A stretch of DNA of 64,000 nt from Okamejei kenojei (Eukaryota), in NCBI GenBank assembly GCA_035221665.1, contig CM069151.1, forward strand, positions 21,700,001 to 21,764,000, given 5' to 3'. Position 1 is the first letter of the stretch. Every line of letters begins with the position of its first letter. Below are positions 38,618 through 51,590 of this stretch, piece after piece. The notes under the pieces are model-generated. The model saw only the letters and a list, made by a program, of their open reading frames with translations. It ran no database searches and was not told the DNA's origin. Position numbers and translations under genes: made by a program.

Positions 38618-38833
38618 GTCTGTGAGGAGCAGAAATGTGAGGAGGAAGTCTTTCCTTTGGCAATGAATTACCTGGACAGATTCTTATCAATTGAACGGAC
38701 AACCAAATGCCATCTGCAGCTGCTTGGAGCTGTCTGTATGTTCCTTGCATCCAAGTTCAAAGAAACCATTCCTCTAACAGCAGAAAAACTTTGCATTTTC
38801 ACTGATAACTCCATCAGACCATGCGAGCTTCTG
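38618..38833 (+). CDS. ccnd2: Cyclin D2 exon 2 (216 nt, cyclin box)
   Basis: ttcccag| [23 protein letters not shown]...[40 protein letters not shown] |gtaaat. Confidence 0.98.
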
Positions 38834-39793
38834 GTAAATTTCACTGTCTATTGCTGTCTGAATGCAAAAATTCAAACAATGTTACAACATTTTATTTGGG
38901 ACCAGTTATTCCACTGTTTAATATTTGCATTTTGTAGGCAATTGTGAAGGTGATCAAAATTTAATTTGGAATTTTAAGCTATATCCAAATGTCCAGTAAT
39001 TCATATGTTTTATTCTGAGCACAATTGAAAATGTAGAAGTTTTTTAAAGTTAGTTTCCCTCAGATACATGTTTGGGTAAATGTTTTCTTAAAACTGCCGA
39101 AGAATAACAGAACAAAACAGAGGCCATATGGTCCCTCAAGTCTATTCTGCAATACAGAAAGGGCACTGTTGAACCATTGCTGAATTCACTTTCCTGCGGG
39201 ATTCCATACTTTCCATGTTAATCTTGGTGTATGTATTATACAACTAAGCATCCATACCTGTCACAATAAATTTGAAATCCTTTGACCTAGAGATATTTTA
39301 CCTCTCTTTTGTCCAAAATGATCAATATTCACCTTCAGCCTATGCACCCTGGTTCTTAACGACAGCTGGGGAAATAACTGCAAGAGGTATTGAGGCACAG
39401 AAATTATAATGAGAGATGAGTATGTGCTATTGTGATTGACATATGTTCTGTAGCAGTGTGCTTTCAGCAGCTGGCTTTGTCATTGTTTGCTAAATTAAAT
39501 AAAAAAGCTGAGTCCAAACTTTGAAGTATATTGAAGTGCTGTATGTGCTAAAATCTGTCCCCTTTTAACAATGAAATCAATGATCTAAATGGGCTGTAGC
39601 TCCCTCTGGAGGGAGATATTCAATATTTAGTCCAAAAAGATAATCTGACAAAAAGCCAGCCATATGTCCATCACACTTTTTATTTAGTTCAAAATGTCTC
39701 CCCCTTTGAGATTCCTGGGCATTGTTTATTTTGTTCTCAAATGTTGCCTTTATTAAATGTTAATATTGCCCATTGTATGTCTTTATTTGTCAG

Positions 39794-39953
39794 GAGTGGG
39801 AGTTGGTAGTTTTGGGAAAGTTGAAGTGGAACCTTGCAGCAGTGACCCCACATGACTTTATTGAACACATTCTGAGGAAACTTACCCTGCCTAACGACAA
39901 GCTGCCATTGATCAGAAAGCACGCACAGACCTTCATTGCCCTTTGTGCCACAG
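39794..39953 (+). CDS. ccnd2: Cyclin D2 exon 3 (160 nt)
   Basis: tgtcag| [30 protein letters not shown]...[15 protein letters not shown] |gtatga, phase 1. Confidence 0.98.
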
Positions 39954-40594
39954 GTATGAGCACCTGCAACAGATACTGTATGAATATGAGGTACCTGTGG
40001 GAGAAAGTTGCCCTTGAGATTGCCTATATAAATCAGACTGAACCTCTTGTGCTTGGAAGGTATGGAGGAAAATATGAAATACAAATGGTGCTCCTGCTGA
40101 TGGAGCAAAATTGTTTTTGTTGGAAGAGAATTGGGATTTGTGTACATAGCCCCTTAGCAACATATCAACATTTTTTCCTGGATTTTTTTTTTCAGCCAGG
40201 TCTTATGTTCGAGATCTTAACATTTATTTCTTCAATTTTGTATGGTATTTAGTTATTCATCTATGTATGAAAAATATGTCATTGGGCAGTTCCAGTTAAC
40301 TTGTTCAATTTCAAATTCCTGCATCCTTGTCGATAATGGAGACTCGGTGTAAACCTGTCTGTAATTATGCTGTTAGGTTTTGTAATGCCCTCGAGTGGAA
40401 GGGAATAATTTCTAAGCAGCATGTTTACATGGGCAATTTTAATTCAACATTTAGACATAAATTTCATAAGAAAACTACAAATAAAAATGTAGGTAAAATT
40501 AATTACACCAGCATACTTTGGTCTCGTTCTTTTCTAATGGATTTAATTGAAGACTGGTTGATTTTCACTATTTGAACTAGATGTATTAGAAAAT

Positions 40595-40769
40595 AAGATG
40601 GTCACAAATTGTTTAAGTAACTCGGTGGGACAGGCAGCATCTCTGGAGAGAAGGAATCGGTGAGGTTTCGGGTCCAGACCCTTCTTCTCGGCATTTGTTT
40701 AATTGAGTTACTCCAGCATTTTGTGCCTATCTTTTGGTTTAAACCAGAATCTGTAGTTCCTTCCTACAC
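40595..40769. mobile_element. Fold-back PLE-derived element in intron 3
   Basis: Inverted arms; 19-bp TSD with one mismatch, actagat(g/a)tattagaaaat at 40576-40594 and 40770-40788. Confidence 0.82.
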
Positions 40770-42509
40770 ACTAGATATATTAGAAAATTGGTTTATTCAT
40801 GTTTATTTTAAGATTTATTTACTGAATGGATGTTTAACTAAGTTGGAATTTAATAGAATCCTTGAGTGTTTTCACTTTAATTTAAAAAAAAAAAGCAATT
40901 TGATTAATCCAATTCCAAAGCAGACTGCGAACCATGAAGGCAACTATACCATTAGCTTTTATTCATACAATGCAATAAACAAAGTTCAACGATCACTGCA
41001 GTAACTATTACAATAGGGGATGTGTTCAATAACCTGGTGATGTGTTGAATAACCTGGTTACAGAAGGTGGATCCCTGTTCAGGGAGTTAACATATTAATT
41101 ATTCATATCTTTAAAGCCACCTGTCAGTTATTGTCTGTAAGTCAAAGAAACTTGAGCTTTAATAAAAGTAATTAATTGTGAAGCTTCACAAAATTAATGT
41201 TGCCAAGGGATGATATTTGGGCCCTCTAGTTTGTCCTTGTGCTGAAAACTACAATTCTCTTCTATATACTAACAGCCCAAAAGTATGAAATGTGTAGTTC
41301 ATGAGGTAATTATAGCATTGCAGAATATCTCCATTAGGAAAGCAGTTTACCTTTTAACACCATTTCTCTCACTGCAATTGCAGTTTCTAGAGCACTTTTT
41401 CCATTTGTATTTAAGTCTAAACCAAAAATGACTGGTCATTTCAATAAAATTCTTAAAATGTAGGATTTTAGTGTCAAATGATCACTGAACAGCATTATAA
41501 TCTGTAATTGTCATGATAATGTGAAGTTTACAGTTTTAGCTATTTTAGCTGCAAATAAATTCTTAATTTGCTTTCTGTTGGATATGTATAAAATAATTCA
41601 ACTCAATAAAAATGTGCTAGGCAGGTTTGGTTTCCGGTTTAAAAACGGGTCCAGAGAAAATGTTGCGTCCATTGCAGATTACTCGGGTGAAAAGTATTTC
41701 ATATTCCCTGGCATTAACTTTGTACTGTGCTGACATTAGCAAATTTCAAATATTAACACTAATTTAGCCTTGCGGATATTTCCTGCTGAAGATACTGTTT
41801 ACATTGTGATTTCATGTTCATAAGCCACTAAGTATTGCTAGTCTCATTAGTAGTTCTGTAAATACCTGATGATTATTGTGTTTTAGGTTGGTTTACAAAA
41901 TCTAAGCATAATTATTGTTTAGGCAAGTCGCTAAATCCATCTTAATTAATTCATCCCAAGGCTTCTAATCTATTGTCTGTTTTGCAACATTAAATTGTTT
42001 CTTGAATGTTAATATGCATGTTTTCATGTCAATTTCCTGTGTCCCGTTCATAATTTTATTTATAACATCCAACTAACGATCATTTTTTGGCTGTATTACA
42101 ACAACAAAAAATTCTCCATCTGAATTAATAATACACATCACAGTACAGTTTGTAACCTTCTATGACTTGATTCTATAATGTAACCCATGTATCTCAATGT
42201 TTTGTGACTTCACTTTTATATTGATTGGCTGTATTTTCTTTCATGTATAAAAAGACCTAGATTTCTTAGGTATTCATCTCCACCTAATTTAATTAATGAT
42301 GGTGATGGGTCTTGTGGTGTGGATAGAATATAGTTGGCCTTAAGGTTCAGAGTATTTAATTTCATATTTTAATATTAGTCTTGCATAATAGACGTCTCTT
42401 AGCTCACTAATTTTATGCTGGCAACACCACCAATTCTTTTCCTCCACTTATTTCCCTGTAACCAATTCGCACAACATGCCCATCAACTTGAATCTGGTAT
42501 TTCAGTCGC

Positions 42510-42700
42510 CCAGTCATACAAGGGATAATTTACAGTGACAAATTTACCAACCAACCTATATATCTTTGACATGTGGAAGGAAAACAGAATTGGGCAGATC
42601 CCCATGTGGTCACTGTGTGAACATGCAAACTCCACACAAACAGCACTTGCGGTCGATCCAACCAAAGTTCCTGGCACATTGCAGCTGTGTGCTGCCCTCT
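42510..42700 (-). mobile_element. Degraded tRNA-derived SINE
   Basis: agggataatttacagtgacaaatttacc...atgtggaaggaaaacag...catgcaaactccacaca. Confidence 0.6.
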
Positions 42701-43344
42701 TGAAAAGGGGCTTGTATTTACTTGCTTATCTTCACTCCTTGTGGTCTTCCAAAGATGTCCCATTTGATTTATAGCAGGCAAATGCAGCAGTGAATTTGCA
42801 CAATGCAAGTTCCCAATTTAACTGAATAATCTATAAAGCATTTTGTGCAGGTTGATATAGAATTTGAGCATTGGCTTCTATAATTTTCATAGTCAGATTT
42901 AAAAAAAAACTTTTTGTTGCAAGAAATAAGAGAAGTCTAATACATTAATTGAAATTATTACACAAATTATTGTGCCAAAATAATTTTTAGCTGTGAGTGC
43001 ATTTTAAGTACTTATTTTTTCTTTCTTTCCGACTTATGGGTGAAACAGATGGGCCTCTATCCGACCTGAAATTTGATAAATACAAATACATGATTAAGAA
43101 TGCTACACTCATCTGCAACATAGTTGCTTTTTGGCAAATAATGGAATTGCAACTTATTGGTTTATGATGATGGTACTAGAGCAGCAGGAAGATTTTATTC
43201 ATCCAAACTTGAAGGAACCAAACTTTGCAGATTGCCAATGGGGATTTTTATTTTTTGCTAAATTATCCCCATCAAAGTGATTTGAAATGTTCCAACTCTT
43301 TTTGTTGAAGAAAATTCTCTCCTAGCTTGGTCGGTGAGCTGGCA

Positions 43345-43346
<2 letters not shown>

Positions 43347-43378
<32 letters not shown>
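43347..43378. repeat. (GT)n microsatellite
   Basis: Perfect GT run. Confidence 0.95.
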
Positions 43379-43381
<3 letters not shown>

Positions 43382-44193
43382 TAAATGCCCTGCCCTCAGG
43401 CCTTTTGTGAGCTTGTCGATTTGAATTCGTATCAGTTGGAAGGTCATTTCCATGATTTTCAATACGAAAAGATGAGGAGGTGGCTCCAGACAATGGTGCC
43501 ACACTCTCCTGTTGGAGACACTTGCCTCCCCATTTGCAGTAGTTAATTAATATGCTAAAAATAGAAGCCTTTGATACAAATCACTCCCTGTTGCACAACA
43601 AAGAAAGAACACGTGGAGCTTTGATAGCCAAGTTTATGGTGCTTGCTGTGGAGGAAAGCAAGAGTGGAGATAGAAGCTATGCAACACTTTTTAAGAAACA
43701 TTAGTCACTAGGTCTTTGGCTGTTTGCTAGCTGTCCGTATTTATATTGTGAATGGCATTTAAAGGAACCTACAATGTTATTCGGCATTGAAATTGTGATT
43801 ACATGTGGAAGCAGACCTACCACAGTGTTGGTTGGCAGGAGTACTGTGGTTCTTTATTCAGATTTTCATGATCATTTGCTTCTGGGATGCCATTTTACTG
43901 AAAAGGGAACCATATGTTCTGATTTCAAATGTTGGAATTCATCTGAGTTCTATTTGAATCAGTCTGCTCAGATGTTGATTTATGTAGAAAGTGTGTTTAT
44001 AACATACATAGAAAATAGGTGCAGGAGTAGGCCATTCGGTCCTTTAAGCCAGCACCATCATTCAATGTGATCATGGCTGATCATCCACAATCATTTTTTT
44101 CAGCATGAAGACTGTATTTTAGAAATTTAATTTAAAATCATATACAAGTGTATGATTGAAGCTTTGAAGATTTTCTGGTATTTATCCATATAG

Positions 44194-44342
44194 ATTTCAA
44201 ATTTGCCATGTATCCACCATCAATGATTGCGACTGGAAGTGTGGGGGCAGCAATATGTGGACTTCAGCTCGATATTGGCTACTATTCACTTTTAAATGAC
44301 AACTTGACAGATCTCTTGGCCAGCATCACACACACAGATGTG
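44194..44342 (+). CDS. ccnd2: Cyclin D2 exon 4 (149 nt)
   Basis: atatag| (D)[24 protein letters not shown]...[13 protein letters not shown] |gtgagt. Confidence 0.98.
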
Positions 44343-47123
44343 GTGAGTACTCCATTCAAAGGCTCTGACGCAAGGTTGGCAACCTACAGCTTGTCGGTGG
44401 GCATTCTCAGTTTTGGAACTCGTATCCATTTTCAATTAATTTCGCTGTTATTGCTAACATTTCTTGAATATTAATACTTAAATTTATGTAACGTGAAAAT
44501 TAGTCAGTTGGGAAAGATTGAGGTTTAATTTTATGCAGCATCAACATCTCAATATTTAAAGTACCTGGATTATATAATCTGAGTGATATCTCAATTCGGG
44601 TTTTATAAATGAAAGTGTAGCAGTCAGAAGTAGCACAGTTATTACTGTTTCATAAAAAATAAAATTGGAAATATATTAATCAATGGTGCTATGTTTTTTT
44701 GAGTAGGAGTGCATGTTCAGAGTTAAACATACCTGTATTTTTTGACTACTTGGTATTATTTTTCATGTAGCTTTATCTTTAATAGTATTTCATTTGTGTA
44801 ATTGGTATGGAAATAGAGAATGTTGCAATCTTTATATTTATGAAATTAAATCCTGAATGCTTAATATTGAATATATATTACCAATTATAAGTCATTTAAA
44901 TAAATTAAACCAAGAGTGGTTGATGTTCATTTTGCCATGGATTTTTTTAAATTGCATCCATTTTGGAAAATCTCTTGAACATGGTGTATTGTCTAAATAT
45001 TTACTTTTGTTAAATTTATATGGTCATGCAAATTGTTCAAATGGACTGTTTTACTGGACGGTAGTATTGTCATTGGTGGGGAGGGAATGATAATGCACAG
45101 AGGATGGCTGAGAATCAACTTATTACATCAGTGGAAAAGTCCATTGAGAAAGGAGAGTAATAAACTTCAGCTGTTATTACTCAAGTTTTTAACATTCAGC
45201 TGTTATATTTGAGGATTTCAGCCTTTCAAACATTGATCTATTTCAAACCTCAAGTACGTTGTGATAAATTAATAAGTCTCTTTATCATGATGTTGCTATG
45301 TTATCCATCAATTGGTAAGTGTTTGATTTTCTGAAAACATCTTATTTGGCATGAAGACAGATTGTCATGAATGCTGCTGTAGACTTGGTGGTCTTAATCA
45401 TGCCTTTACCATGATGTTTATTTACCACACATGGTACACTACATTCAGCACGCTGTGTGACACTAAGCGACAAGTGCAATACTAAGCTTACCACAATGAG
45501 ATGGGGAAATTAATTGAGTCTTTTTATGCAAAAAAAAATCATACATTTTCTCTTTTGATAGAGGAGCATTTGTGTATGAAGACATTTCAAAGTTCTTGAA
45601 GAACAGAGGATATGTTTTCTAATTTTGCTAATTTTAATGAATAATTTTTAATGTTTGAATTCTGGCCTAGTAGATTAAGGCCTGGTCTTAAAATATTCTG
45701 TTTAGTTTAGTTTATTGTCCCATGTACCGGGGTACAGTGAAGAGCTTTTGTTGCGTGCTAACCTGGAAAATATCATTTTGTTTGCATCAATTGATGTTGC
45801 ACAACTACAATAATGATTCCTTCACAACTTGCACAAGTAATAAAACATTCAAATCCATCCAATAAATATCCACAAAATTGTTAATGCTTGGTGACAATTG
45901 AGAAAAGACAATGCTATCACTTTGATAAGGGCTTTGCAAATATTGGTATCTTTTATTGGGTCATCACAAACCTATCCTGCAGGCGATACACTGCTTTCCC
46001 ACAATAGGCTGGCCCATTGCAATTTGGGACTGCTACCCCCTGTGTCCCCCAAATGCAGAATATGGGACTGAAACATTTGACAGTGAGATATAAAAAAGAA
46101 TAGTTTTGGTGAGAAGGTGATAGGGGTTGTTAAATAATATTTTCAAATATTTAGATTCAACGAGAGAACACCTGGACCCCATGGAACTACATAGGACCTG
46201 GTAGTCAATTTGGAGGAAGCTGTATAGAGTGAGACATAAAACAAAACACAGCAAATGCTTGCAATCTAAAATAGAAACAGAGGACATTGAAAACACAACA
46301 GGTCAGAGAGCATTTGTGTTTGCAGTTCATGATATTTTTATTAAGAGCAGAAAGATATTAGAATTAATTTTAGTGAACTTTAAATTTTCAATAAGCACAT
46401 TGAATGTTAATATTGACTGTTAAATGTATATTGTGAAAAGGTTGGACAGAAGTGAATGTGAGTGTAAGATACTAAGATGTACCAGGTTATGAAAATTACT
46501 TTTTTGTTTCATAATGGAAACGATAAATATTGCACAATGGTGCATCCTTTCGTAAAATCACAGACTAAATCTTGTTGCTTTTTGAAGACAAATCTGGCCC
46601 ATAGTGCAGCCAATTTCATGCACAATAACAAACATAACCCCAGACATGTAAGAAAGCAATTCTTATTTATTTGGAAATTGGTAGCTAAAAGGCATTGGAG
46701 AGTGGAACCTTGAGCTATTGGTATGTAGCATGTGTGTATCGATAATGTGTTATTTATCATTGCAAAACTACACGTTTACAAGTAATGAAACTCATAGGTA
46801 AGTGTGCTTATTCTGGGGCTAAAGGCCACTTGATCTACTTGCAGGTAATCCAGTGATCAGTCAAGCACAACCAAAGCGTACTGGGTCACCTGTGCACCAG
46901 TCATCACTCCCATTTGAAGCGTGTATCAGTGCAGATACACCATGTTGGGAGAAGTTTATCATAATGTTATGCAGGAAGTACAAGGGAAAGTACTGAGCAC
47001 TGATTAGAACAACATTGGAGGGCCAACAGGAACAGGGTACCGATCCAGTATGCTTTAAGTCCCCTTTAATGATTTTTAGGGATTAAAGATCTCGGTGGAC
47101 CTGCAGTTGAATGTGATAGAGGA

Positions 47124-47224
47124 GGATGCTGAAGTCTGAAGGGTCTTGACCCGAAACATCACCCATTCCTTCCCTGATACTGCCTGCCCTGCTGAGTTAC
47201 TCCAGCATTTTGTGTCTACCTTCA
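47124..47224 (+). mobile_element. Solo PLE pLTR unit in intron 4 (hammerhead core damaged)
   Basis: gtctgaa-gggtcttgacccgaaacatc...tgtgtctaccttc; 10-bp TSD tgatagagga at 47114-47123 and 47225-47234. Confidence 0.78.
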
Positions 47225-48264
47225 TGATAGAGGATGAGGTTTATGCAGAAGAATGACATCTGAGAAACTGAGATTTGTGGGTGCTTAATTTAGACAGCTC
47301 GTCAGCCTGATGTTGAGTACACAGAAACACTGGCAGTTTAAATCTCAATTACATTGACTATAACTGCAATCTTCAAGTAAACTGCTGCTTTTAAACAATA
47401 TGCTGGCTTCAACTTTAAAGTAAATCCAGCTGAGGGAAATGTTTTCAAACCATTTTGTATACTGGGCTAGGTATGTGTCCGCCATGTGTACACACACAGT
47501 GTAACTAGTGAGGGCAGGATTGGACAGTCAGCATTATAGCATGACATTGCACATAATGGAAAATCCTACTTGGGAAGGTTGAATTCACGAAGGCTGCAGC
47601 AATTGTGTATCCTCGCACTAAACCAGCTCTATGCAGGTTATCGCAAATGTCTACATGGAATTCCTGTGCAATTGGCATGCATGCTTCCGTAAAATCAAAT
47701 AAAAAAGACAGCTTAGTAATAAGTCAACTGATATACATGGTCTATTGAGGGCATTATTGCACTGAGAAAAATATTAATTGTAACCTATCTTTTCTCATCA
47801 ATTGGGGACAACCTTCCTAAGTTCCTAATATATGTTTTTTTCTGAGTATGCAATGCACATCAAATTTGGTGAAGTAGAAGGTGAAACCTTTACCCACCAG
47901 AGCCTTTGCCAATCATGATTCTGGGCCATGTTCTTTTATGGATTGGAGGATGTATTCCTGGCAATTTCTATCACTGACTTCTGGTTCAAGCTTTCCTAGC
48001 AAGTCAAGTAGTATATTTTCCTATCTGATACTTCTGTCACTGTAAACAGGTGTTCAAAGAAAATAACAATAAACTTTTAAATTCCTCCACTATTTTTCTC
48101 CGTGGTATGCAGTAGTATCAATCACTTTATTCACAGTGCAAGCCAATGTTAGAGTTAGAAATTTAAACATTTGTAGGTCAGTCTCAAGTGTGGATGATGT
48201 TGCACATGTGTTAACGATCAAAAATTTTGAAGTGGTTTGCCATGGCTTGATATAGCTTAGTGGT

Positions 48265-48740
48265 AATTAAAAGGAACTGTAGATGCTGGTTTATATCAAA
48301 GATGCAAAATGTTCGAATAATTCAGCGTGTCAGGCAGGAAACATGTTCCCGATGTTGGGGAGTCCAGAACCAGGGGCCACATTTTAAGAATATGGGTAAG
48401 CCATTTAGAAGGGAGACGAGGAAACACTTTTTCTTACAGGGTTGTGAGTCTGTGGAATTCTCTGCCTCAGAGGGCGGTGGTGGCTGGTTCTCTGGATACT
48501 TTCAAGATAGGGCTCTTAAAGATAGTGGAGTCGGGGGATATGGGGAGAAGACAGGAACGGGGTACTGATTGGGGATGATCAGCCATGATCACATTGAATG
48601 GCGGTGCTGGCTTGAAGGGCTCCTGCACCTATTGTCTATTGTCATATCTGGAAATATCAGGACCCGACCATAACCGTCACCTATCCATTTTCTCCAGAGA
48701 GGTTGCCTGACCTGAGTTACTCCAGCATTTTGTGTCTATC
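48265..48740. mobile_element. Fold-back PLE-derived element with a CR1 3' fragment (~48337-48643, +) inserted in it
   Basis: 14-bp TSD tatagcttagtggt at 48251-48264 and 48741-48754; the inner CR1 ends in attgtctattgtc. Confidence 0.85.
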
Positions 48741-49049
48741 TATAGCTTAGTGGTGTATACCAAAGGTTTGAAAACGTGCCAGGCTTTAATATTTATCTGT
48801 CAGTTTGAGGTTTGAATATTATCTCCACTGATTTTTCTTTTGAGAATAAGCTGTGGCAGTTTACTCAACTTCCTAATTCAGACAATGTTAGATTTAATTC
48901 TGTAAAATAACTTATGCATTGTAACATATGCATGGAAGCAGCTTTGTATATTTGGTGGGACAATACAAGAGGTCCATTGCAGCACTGAACGTTATGAACT
49001 CTCCACATGAACCAGAAGACTGACTTGGGCATTTTGAATTGTCGTATGT

Positions 49050-51590
49050 TAGAAACATAGAAGCATAGAAAAATAGATGCAGGCGTAGGCCATTTGGCCC
49101 TTTGAGCCTGCACCGCCATTCAATATGATCATGGCTGATCATCCAACTCGGTATCCTGTACCTGCCTTCTCTCCATACCCCCGATCCCTTTAGCCACAAG
49201 GACCACATCTAACTCCCTCTTAAATATAGCCAATGAACTGGCCTCAACTACCTTCTGTTACATAGAAACATTGAAAATAGGTGCAGGAGTAGGCCCTTCG
49301 AGCCAACACGGCCATTCAATATGATCACAGATGATCATCCAAAATCAGTACCCCATTCTGGCTTTTTCCCCATATCCCATGATTCCTGTAGCCCTAAGAG
49401 CTAGATTTAACTCTCTCTTGAAAACATCCAGTGACTTGTCTTCCACGGCGTTCTGTGGCAGAGAATTCCACAGATTCACAACTCTTTGGGTGAAAAAGAT
49501 TTTTCTCATCTCATTCCAAAATGGCCTACTCCTTCTTAAACTGTGACCCCTGGTTCTGGACTCCCCAAACATTGGGATTTTTTTTTTCCTGCATCTACCC
49601 TGTCCAATCTAAGAATTTGATATGTTTCTATAGGATCCCCTCTCATCCTTCTAAATTCCAGTGAATACACGCCCAGTTGACCCATTCTTTCATCATGCAT
49701 CAGCCCTGCCATTCCAGGAATTAACCTATGCACGACTCCCTCAATAGCAATAATGTCCTTCCTCAAATAAGGAGACCAAATTTGTGCACAATACTCCAGG
49801 TGCGGTCTCGCCATGGCCCTGTTCAACTGCAGTAGGGCCTCCTTGCTCCCAAACTCGCATCCTCTCGCAATGAAGGGCAACATGGCTTTCTTCACTACCT
49901 GCTGTACCTGCATGCTTACTTTCAGTGACTGATGTACAAGCACACCCCGGTCTCATTGCACTTCCCCTTCTCCCCTTGCCCTTATCCATTCTACTTGTTA
50001 CATCCTCAAAAAATTCCAAAAGATTAAGCAAGCACGACTTCCCCTTCATAAATCCATGCTGACTTTGACCGATCCTGTCGCTGCTTTGCAAATGCGCTGC
50101 TATAACATCTTTAATAATCAACTCCAGCATCTTCCCCGCTGTTTTCTCTCTCCTTCCTTTCTTAAAGTGGAGTTGTATTGTCTACCCTCCAGTTCACAGG
50201 AACTGATCCAGAATTGAGAAAACATTGGAAAATGATCACTAATGCATCCATGATTTATAGGGCCACCTCCTTGAGTACCCTGGAATGCAGACCATCTGGC
50301 CCTAGGGATTTATCTGCCTTCAGTCCCAACAATTTACCTAACACCATTTTCTGAATGGATTCCCTACAGTTCCTCCCTCCCACTAGATCCTCGGTCCCCT
50401 TGTATTTCCAGGAGATTGTTTATCTTCCTTAATGAAGACAGAACCAAAGTACTCGTTTAACTGTTAAGCCATTTCCTTGTTTCCCCATTATAAATTCACC
50501 TGTCTCCGACTGTAAGCGACCTACATTTGTCTTCACTAATCTTTTCCTTTTTAAATACCAATAGAAAATTTTAGTGTTTTATATTTCCTGCAAGCTTTCT
50601 TTCATGCTCCTTTATCCCCCTCTTAACTCCTTTGTCCTCAGTTCTAAATTTCTTCCAGTCGTCTAGTTTGCCACTTCTGGCCAATTTATACGCCTCTTCC
50701 TTGGCTTTAACACTATCCTTGACTTCCCTCGTCAGCCGCCTTCCCAATTTAATTTTTTCGCAAGATATGGATGAACAATTTCTGGAGTTCATCCATGTGG
50801 TCTTTAAATCTTTGCCATTGCATCTCCACTTTCAACCCTTGAAGTATAATTTGCCCGTCTATCCTAGCTAATTCCTATCTTACATCTTTAAAGTCTCCTT
50901 TGTTCAAGTTCAGGACCCTAGTCTCTTTATTAACTGTCACTCTCCATCCTAATGCAGAATTCCACCATATTATGGTCACTGTTGCCCAAGGGGCCTTGCA
51001 TAACAAGATCGTTAACTAATCCTTCCTCATTACACAATACCCAATCTAGAATGGCCTGCCCTCTAGTCTGTTCCTCTACATATTGGTTTAAAAACCTATC
51101 CCATGTACATTCCACGAAATCCTCCTCTACACTGTTCCCAATTTGGTTGGCTCAATCTATGTAGATTAAAGTCACCCATGATAACCGCCTGTACCTTTGC
51201 TACACACATACGTAAATTCCTGCTTGATGCTATCCCCAAACTCCCTACTGCTGTTTGATGGTCTGTATACAACTCCAACAAGCGTTTTCTGCCCTTGGCT
51301 ATTTCGAAGTTCTACCCATATCGATTCTACAACATCCAATCAAATGTCTCTCCTTGCTATTGCATTAATCTCCTCTTTAACCAGCAATGAAACCCCACCT
51401 CCTCTTCCTTTATGTCTATCCGTCCTGGATATCGAATACCCCTGCATGTTAAGCTCCCAGCCTTGGTCACCCTGGAGCCATGTCTTCCAACTATATCATA
51501 TCCCTTAACTACTAACTGGCCATTCAACTCATCCACCTTATTTCGAGTGCTCCTTGCATTAAGGCACAATTCATTCAAGTTAGTTTTTCT
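49050..51590 (-). mobile_element. CR1 LINE, internally deleted ORF2 (APE endonuclease plus RT remnants), with a second 3' tail
   Basis: LCLNARSTRNKVDEL, VIMGDFN, ILDWVLCNEE, LGNSDHNMVEF (APE); SQHGFMKGKSCLLNLLEFFEDVT (RT); RPHLEYCAQIWSP; two agaaacatag tails at ~49050 and ~49260. Confidence 0.92.
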
